Source of the DNA: an uncultured virus (IMG/VR IMGVR_UViG_3300021087_000010)
Taxonomy: Duplodnaviria > Heunggongvirae > Uroviricota > Caudoviricetes
Direction: 5' to 3' (one strand)
DNA: 64,000 bases
Virus record (IMG/VR): IMGVR_UViG_3300021087_000010
Below, piece by piece: positions 29,989-35,833 of this stretch (the stretch's first letter is position 1; every line of letters begins with the position of its first letter). The notes below the pieces were generated by a model, which was not told where the DNA came from, ran no database searches, and worked only from the letters and a program-made list of their open reading frames with translations. Position numbers and translations under genes: made by a program.

Positions 29989-30138
29989 TTAGGAGAGTAA
30001 GCCTTTGACCATTTCTAGTGCTTCAATGTTAGCTCTGCTAAGGGATTGTGCTATTTTAGGGTCTACGCCTTTGGCGATTATCTCATTGATGAGGGCTTTT
30101 TTAGTTGGTCTCGCAACTTTTGCTTTTTCTTGTTTCAT
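29989..30138 (-). CDS. small protein resembling the A2 C-terminal domain
   Basis: MKQEKAKVARPTKKALINEII...SLSRANIEAL. CAGGAG SD and own promoter. Confidence 0.6.
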   Translation of the reverse strand: MKQEKAKVARPTKKALINEIIAKGVDPKIAQSLSRANIEALEMVKGLLS

Positions 30139-30243
30139 GTCTTTCTCCTGATTAACTACTATTATATAGAGCCAACAGGGAATTGTCAATAAGAATTATA
30201 GACTTGGCTTAAGATATATTTGATGCCACGCGCAAGAAAGTAC

Positions 30244-30277
30244 TTGACTTTCCCTCCCCGCTGTGGTATAATGGCGC
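30244..30277 (+). promoter_or_regulatory. consensus sigma70 promoter with GC-rich discriminator, no ORF
   Basis: TTGACT-17-TATAAT-GGCGC. Confidence 0.75.
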
Positions 30278-30424
30278 TGCCGCGCGTAGACTTTAAACTT
30301 CACATTTGCACTTTGTTTGGCGCGCACGCCACTTTTAAACTTCATATTTGCACTTCCTCTCTGGCGCAGGCGGCACGCGTAATTTCATATCACCACTACT
30401 TCGGCGCGCTTTGGCGCAGCGCGG

Positions 30425-30447
30425 ATGAGAATGATTATCATTCTCAT
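30425..30447. promoter_or_regulatory. Fur-box-like palindrome 1 (extended)
   Basis: ATGAGAATGAT-T-ATCATTCTCAT. Confidence 0.7.
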
Positions 30448-30519
30448 TTGGCTTTTTTCAGGCAAAAGAGAATCCCCTGAGGCTATTAGGGGCATTACCA
30501 TTACGAAAGCTAAGTCAGT

Positions 30520-30705
30520 TTAGCTTGCGTTGAGCATACGAAGAATCAATTCCAAATTTTGGATATTGGTTCTTTCAAGAGATACCATGTTAAACTCACC
30601 GCCACCTAAAAGTGGAGAATCAGTTTCCATGATATTTCTTATAAGCTCTTTTTTGGATTTTGCTTTCGCTTTTTCCATTTCAGGCTCCGAAGAATTGTTA
30701 AACAT
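30520..30705 (-). CDS. small protein resembling the A2 C-terminal domain
   Basis: SKKELIRNIMET...GGEF..VSLERTNIQNL. Leaderless promoter geometry. Confidence 0.65.
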   Translation of the reverse strand: MFNNSSEPEMEKAKAKSKKELIRNIMETDSPLLGGGEFNMVSLERTNIQNLELILRMLNAS

Positions 30706-30750
30706 AAGGGTATTATAGCAAAAAAACGCAGACCTGTCAAGCGAAAAAGC

Positions 30751-30967
30751 GAAAATAAATAAATTATTTTCCTTGACATTTCCGAGCGGCTGTGTTATAA
30801 TCGGCGCTCCAAATGAGAATCATTCTCATTTGGCTTTCTTGTTTTTTTGGGCTTTTTTTGGTGGCTTATCTCGTCGTGCTTTATAATTTGGTATAACCAA
30901 ATTATAAAGCGTGTCGGCGTATTTGTCAAGCATTTTTCGGAAAATAAATAAATTATTTTCCTTGACA
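30751..30967. repeat. convergent-promoter cassette, copy 1
   Basis: + promoter 30773-30801, Fur-like box 30811-30831, 33-bp palindrome 30878-30910, - promoter to ~30930. Repeated at 32344-32549. Confidence 0.85.
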
Positions 30968-30993
30968 TTTGGCAAAATTCGTGCTAGGAATTT

Positions 30994-31593
30994 TTAACCT
31001 GTGGCTCGAATTAATGCGTCTAAAAGTTCAATTTTTCCTGTGTCTTTTTGAACCACATTCCAAGAAGGGCAAGTTGAAAACATAATTTCTTTTGCGTTCG
31101 TAATTGCTTCAAAATAATCAATCGCTAGAGCGTCAGAGGGAGAATATTTATAAGGCTTATTTATTTTTCTGTTTTCTAAAACGATAGCTTGTCTTTCTTT
31201 AGAAATTGAAATCCAATTTTTGTATATCTCAACATTTTTTTCTGTAAGCATTTTATTTTCCCATTTGGCAACCTTTCGCATATGATTAATATATTGTCTT
31301 TTTGTGCAATAATTAAAAACAGGGTGAACCCATGAGCGTGTGTGCCACGACCTATCATAAATAACAACCTCTGATTTTTTCGGCATGATTTTTTCATAAT
31401 CAGAAAGCCATTTTTTCATGCGTGTTTTTGTCGGCATACCTTGATGACGATAAACAAAGTTAATATCATTTTTAATTAGTAGCTTGACAAAGCCACCTTT
31501 TCCAGAAGCGTCTCGACCTTCCAAAACAAAAGCGATTTTTCTATCGCCTAAGTTTTGGATATTTTCTTTTAGCATTTCGATTGAATTTTTCAT
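30994..31593 (-). CDS. ppk2: polyphosphate kinase 2 family protein
   Basis: Walker A VLEGRDASGKGG, DRSW, K.WISIS..RQ and YKYSPSD. The start overlaps the upstream stop (ATGA). Confidence 0.82.
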   Translation of the reverse strand: MKNSIEMLKENIQNLGDRKIAFVLEGRDASGKGGFVKLLIKNDINFVYRHQGMPTKTRMKKWLSDYEKIMPKKSEVVIYDRSWHTRSWVHPVFNYCTKRQYINHMRKVAKWENKMLTEKNVEIYKNWISISKERQAIVLENRKINKPYKYSPSDALAIDYFEAITNAKEIMFSTCPSWNVVQKDTGKIELLDALIRATG

Positions 31594-31832
31594 AGTACCC
31601 AGATTAAAGTTAGTAAAGGAATAACAACCCAAATTATAAAATCGGTTGTTAGTGAATATCTGAAATATAGTTTTTTCAGAAAATTAGTTGCGACAGTTTC
31701 AGTTCCAATTTGAAAATCGAAATTTTCTTTTTCTAGGATTTTACAAGCTGTTTCAAATTTTTTGACATCTTCGGAATTGTCAATTTCAAAGTTGGTTTTT
31801 ATTGTTAGTCTTTTTGTTATTAATTTTTTCAT
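31590..31832 (-). CDS. small C-terminally anchored membrane protein
   Basis: 80 aa with a hydrophobic C-terminus. Confidence 0.55.
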   Translation of the reverse strand: MKKLITKRLTIKTNFEIDNSEDVKKFETACKILEKENFDFQIGTETVATNFLKKLYFRYSLTTDFIIWVVIPLLTLIWVL

Positions 31833-31836
31833 TGTT

Positions 31837-32298
31837 TTATTTTAGCATTAAATGGTCTTGATGTAAACAGTTAATTCCAATTTTTTGCATTTCTTTTTGA
31901 ATTATTTTGTTATCATCAAACATGATTTTTTCCATGTTTTTAAATTGTTTTAGATTGAAAAGTCTTTTCAGTTTTGCTGTTTTCATTTCAGCGTCGGCTC
32001 TGTGGTCGCCATTTTTTCTGCAAAGAATAGTTTTTGCTTTGATTCCATGATGAGCCAAAAAGTCAAAATCTGCTTTGCTCATATTTCTAGCTGTGCAAAT
32101 CCAAACATTTTTATTTGCTTTTATTAATGCTTTCATAAAATCGGCAAGTGGCAAAAGTGAATCTTTGAAAATGTTTTTTCTTGTGGAATCTGAAATCCAT
32201 TTTTCAAGGTCTAATTTTCCTTCGGCAGTTCCTGTGAATCTGTGCGAAGAATCAATGACAGTTCCGTCAAGGTCAAATATGTATAATTTATTTTTCAT
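31837..32298 (-). CDS. HAD-superfamily phosphatase (PNKP-phosphatase-like)
   Basis: FDLDGT, ICTAR, D..MK and MFDD. Confidence 0.85.
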   Translation of the reverse strand: MKNKLYIFDLDGTVIDSSHRFTGTAEGKLDLEKWISDSTRKNIFKDSLLPLADFMKALIKANKNVWICTARNMSKADFDFLAHHGIKAKTILCRKNGDHRADAEMKTAKLKRLFNLKQFKNMEKIMFDDNKIIQKEMQKIGINCLHQDHLMLK

Positions 32299-32343
32299 AA
32301 TGTAATTATATCAAAAAAAGCAAGACCTGTCAATAAAAAAGAT

Positions 32344-32549
32344 GAAAATAAAAAAAATAAATCGCTTGACATTGGGCGGCTTTTGTGGTATAATCGGCGC
32401 CTCCAAATGAGAATCATTCTCATTTGGGGTTTTTATTTTTTGGGGTCTTTTCGAGGCGTGCTTTATAATTTGGTATAACCAAATTATAAAGCGTGTCGGT
32501 CCAAATGTCAAGGGTCTCAAGGAAAATAAATAAATTATTTTCCTTGACA
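32344..32549. repeat. convergent-promoter cassette, copy 2
   Basis: + promoter 32366-32394, Fur-like box 32405-32425, 33-bp palindrome 32460-32492, - promoter to ~32511. Confidence 0.85.
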
Positions 32550-32608
32550 ATCTCCTCTATTTATGCTTGCGGCTCATTCATGAAATCTATAGCTTCCTAT
32601 AGATTCCA

Positions 32609-33034
32609 TTAATAAGGCTTTTTGTATATAGAGCCATCTCGTTTTCTCTCCCACGCCATAGGCATAGGCGCAGGTGATTTTTTAAAGTGTCTAAAACCTA
32701 ACGCTAGATATTTCTTTATCTTAGGCATTCCACCCTTGACATAGAACCATTCAGAACCACCATTAGATTTAACGCCAGTAGTCCTAGAGTTCTGACCTTG
32801 CCATTTCTTTTGATAGCCTAGCTTAGCGAGATAGTATTGTATTTGCCATTCGATAGAGTAAGCGTCATGTTTAGAAGCTATCTCTATAGTGTGTAATACC
32901 TTGAGCCTATGGTCTAAGCCATATTCCTTTTGTATAGATGTCTCTATATCATAACGCCTATGGTGTATGTCATTGGCTACACCTATCTTATGATAGGGTT
33001 TCTTATTACATTTCATTATGTATAGTGTAGTCAT
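32609..33034 (-). CDS. GIY-YIG/T5orf172-like nuclease
   Basis: LYIM...HKIGVA...R...IE..I...GGSEWF. Confidence 0.7.
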   Translation of the reverse strand: MTTLYIMKCNKKPYHKIGVANDIHHRRYDIETSIQKEYGLDHRLKVLHTIEIASKHDAYSIEWQIQYYLAKLGYQKKWQGQNSRTTGVKSNGGSEWFYVKGGMPKIKKYLALGFRHFKKSPAPMPMAWERKRDGSIYKKPY

Positions 33035-33572
33035 TAGTCTCTTGCTCCTGTCATTATAACCAGTGATAAGCAAAGGCTAGAAGCAACCGAAGTCAATACC
33101 AATAGGGCAATTTCAATAACCCATATATCAGTATATCCGACATCTTCAAAGCATAGCACATTATTCTGTGCAGTTAATATTACCATAGCTTGCATATAAG
33201 CTATGAACCCAAATGCCACCATTCCCATTGATGACGCAATCAATATAGTTTTATTTAACATTATATTATTATCCTTATTAACATAGAACCATTAAGAGCC
33301 AAGCCAATTAAATTACCTATGGTATAAACCATATCGCCCTGTTTCCACGCTCTGTATTGGTAGCATAGCAACCCAAGACATATACCTGTGGGCAATGTCC
33401 AGTGTGGCATGATACCATTATAATGCGAGGGTAACAAAGAAACCTGTACCAAAAACATACCAAGATAAGCGACCTTATCTTCAAAAGATATTTTTGTTTT
33501 AATCTCAATATCGTTAATGAGATTGGCTCTGTGAGAAGCCAAGATTTTTTGTTGTCTAATTGTTTGATTCAT
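33034..33572 (-). CDS. two small membrane proteins (33034-33261; 33261-33572, three TM, PQ-loop/SemiSWEET-like pattern)
   Basis: Hydrophobic segments and a C-terminal GDMVYTIGNLIG. Confidence 0.5.
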
Positions 33573-33622
33573 AATAATTCCAGTAAAAATGGGGGCTGAG
33601 TAATGGCAACCCCCGAACCATT

Positions 33623-33802
33623 TTATTTTGCGTCTTTCAGCAAAATGTCTCTAAGAAGAATAAGATTAAAAATATTCATTCTTTCCAAAGATACATGGTC
33701 GAATTCTCCACCAGTATTTGTTGGGGTTTCAATGATTTCTCTAATCAAGATTTTTTTAGAGGGTCTTTTTGGAAGTGAGTTTCCAGCTTTTTTATTTAAC
33801 AT
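33623..33802 (-). CDS. small protein resembling the A2 C-terminal domain (paralogue of 30520-30705)
   Basis: Manual 59-aa ORF ...PSKKILIREIIETPTNTGGEFDHVSLERMNIFNL, preceded by TTGCTA-17-TATAAT-6nt. Confidence 0.7.
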   Translation of the reverse strand: MLNKKAGNSLPKRPSKKILIREIIETPTNTGGEFDHVSLERMNIFNLILLRDILLKDAK

Positions 33803-33888
33803 ACCTGTATTATACAGGAAGATTAACCCAATAGCAATAGCAAAACCGAAAATAAATGAATTAATGCGACACCATATGACGCAGGGTT

Positions 33889-33907
33889 AATGATAATCAT
33901 TCTCATT
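33889..33907. promoter_or_regulatory. Fur-box-like palindrome 4
   Basis: AATGATAATCATTCTCATT. Confidence 0.7.
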
Positions 33908-33921
33908 TGGGGCCCCCGTCA

Positions 33922-33977
33922 TAGTGTAGTAGTAGAGTAACACACCCCGCCTTAGTGTATTAGTATAGTAACACACC
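33922..33977. repeat. 25-bp imperfect direct repeat x2 (TAGTGTA.TAGTA.AGTAACACACC)
   Basis: Copies at 33922-33946 and 33953-33977, flanked by G/C runs. Confidence 0.85.
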
Positions 33978-34143
33978 GAGGGGGCGGTTCATTGACCTTG
34001 ACACGCTCTCTCTCTGTGGGCCCCCCTTTACGTACTACTTGGGATTTTTCAAAAAAGCAAAAAAGACGCTATCGTCAGTATCATAATGATACATCTAGAA
34101 AATATTTCTTGACAATACTGCTAAATTTTGATATAATACTAGC

Positions 34144-34605
34144 ATGAGTACAAATTTAGTAACCAAAATGAGTCCTGAAGGACTGGAGATCGCAAACGCT
34201 TATCTGGAGAAGGGAACTATCCCGGCCGTTTGCACTAAATTAGGCATAACCGAAAATGAGGTTAGTGAAGTCCTAAATAAAAGAGAAATCAAACAATATA
34301 TAGATACTGTTTTTCTAGACACAGGTTATAGAAACCGATTTAAAATATCGGAAACTTTAGATATGCTTATTGAAAAAAAGCTAGAAGAAGCAGATGAAAC
34401 TGAAATATATACTACTAAGGATATGGCAGATCTATTACAGATGGCACATAAAATGAGAATTGAGGAATTGAAAGCTCAGACAGAAATGGAAAAAGCAAAA
34501 GCGCAAACCATTAAAACTCAAGTTAATATTCAAGACAATTCTGGAACCCCTTTTGGGCAAGGAAACTATGGACTACTCATAAAAAAATTGATGAAAGATC
34601 AATAG
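34144..34605 (+). CDS. terminase small subunit (T5-like)
   Basis: MSPEG.EI..AYL, GYRNR, KKLEE and AHKMR match my recollection of T5 TerS. Leaderless promoter at 34109-34137. Confidence 0.8.
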   Translation: MSTNLVTKMSPEGLEIANAYLEKGTIPAVCTKLGITENEVSEVLNKREIKQYIDTVFLDTGYRNRFKISETLDMLIEKKLEEADETEIYTTKDMADLLQMAHKMRIEELKAQTEMEKAKAQTIKTQVNIQDNSGTPFGQGNYGLLIKKLMKDQ

Positions 34606-34666
34606 ACACATTCCGTGTCAAGAATGGTTTATCGGGGGAGAGTCCGAAACCTAAAGGGAGAAAAAA

Positions 34667-35833
34667 ATGAAAAGACTAGCCTTACTAGCTGGCCTACTAG
34701 TGTTCACACCACTACAAGTGTTTGCTGATGGACCAGATCAGACTGGAACAGGTTGTGCTAATGGTACTGAATTTTGCGAAAACAATACTTTAGATACTAC
34801 TAATACTACTACTACTACTAATACAAACACGAATACCAATACAAATGCTAATACCAATACTAACACTAATACAAACACAAATACTAATACAAATACCAAC
34901 ACCAATACTAACGCTAATACAAATACCAACACGAATACTAATACAAATGCTAATACCAATACTAATACAAATGCGAATACTAATGTAAATACCAGTACTA
35001 ATACTAATGCTAATACAAATGTAAATACTAATACTAGTACTAACAACAATACTAATACTAACAACAATACAAACAATAATACCAATACTAATACTAACAA
35101 TAATACCAATACTAATACTAACAATAATACCTCAACCTCAACTAGTAATAATACTAATACGAATAATAACACAAACACAAATGTGAATACTTCTACTGTT
35201 GACAGTACTTCGAACTCTACTAGTAATAATACAAATAATAATAATAACACTAATACTAACAATAGTACTAGTAATAACACTAGTAATAATACTAATACAA
35301 ATAACAACACCTCAACTTCTGACAGTAATGTAACTACTGATAATACTAATAACAATAACAACAATACTAAGTCAGATAATAGAAACGAAAATTATAACAA
35401 ATCTGAGTCAGTTCAAACAATTAATCAGAATGTTAAATCTCCTCCCCCAAGTGCAATCGCACCTTCAATTATGTCCTATTCGCAAGATTTATGTACAAGT
35501 GGAGTATCAGGAGCAGTACAAACACAAGTTTTCGGATTTTCTGGTGGTAAAGCGATAGTTGACAAAAATTGTGAAAGATTAAAACTCTCTAAATACTTAT
35601 ACGACATGGGCATGAAGGTAGCTTCTGTTGCTTTACTTTGTCAAGATAAAAGAGTATTTGCAGCTATGGAAATGGCGGGAACTCCTTGTCCTTACATGGG
35701 TGAAATAGGAAAGAAAGCCACTATAGCATGGGCAGAAAATGAAGAAGACAAACCAACTTACGAGAAAGTAGTAGAAAAAGGAAAATCTTGTAAACGAAAA
35801 GGAAAACGTAAGCCGGGCGCAATCTGTAAATAG
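34667..35833 (+). CDS. secreted protein with long Asn/Thr repeat and Cys-rich C-terminal domain
   Basis: Signal peptide, ~190 aa of NT repeats, then PPPSAIAP...C..GVSG...NCERLKL...C.D.RV...GTPCP. Confidence 0.85.
   Translation: MKRLALLAGLLVFTPLQVFADGPDQTGTGCANGTEFCENNTLDTTNTTTTTNTNTNTNTNANTNTNTNTNTNTNTNTNTNTNANTNTNTNTNTNANTNTNTNANTNVNTSTNTNANTNVNTNTSTNNNTNTNNNTNNNTNTNTNNNTNTNTNNNTSTSTSNNTNTNNNTNTNVNTSTVDSTSNSTSNNTNNNNNTNTNNSTSNNTSNNTNTNNNTSTSDSNVTTDNTNNNNNNTKSDNRNENYNKSESVQTINQNVKSPPPSAIAPSIMSYSQDLCTSGVSGAVQTQVFGFSGGKAIVDKNCERLKLSKYLYDMGMKVASVALLCQDKRVFAAMEMAGTPCPYMGEIGKKATIAWAENEEDKPTYEKVVEKGKSCKRKGKRKPGAICK

Noticed and set aside
29640..30450. Possible CRISPR-like array
   Set aside because: Repeats occur only in pairs or triplets of different sequence with irregular spacing, and no cas genes are present.
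29363..30480. Track ORFs 29363-29662 and 30220-30480
   Set aside because: They run through promoters and repeats and are likely chance open frames in GC-rich non-coding DNA.
34738..35364. 208-aa Leu/Val-rich ORF on the - strand
   Set aside because: Antisense shadow of the Asn/Thr repeat in the real + strand gene.
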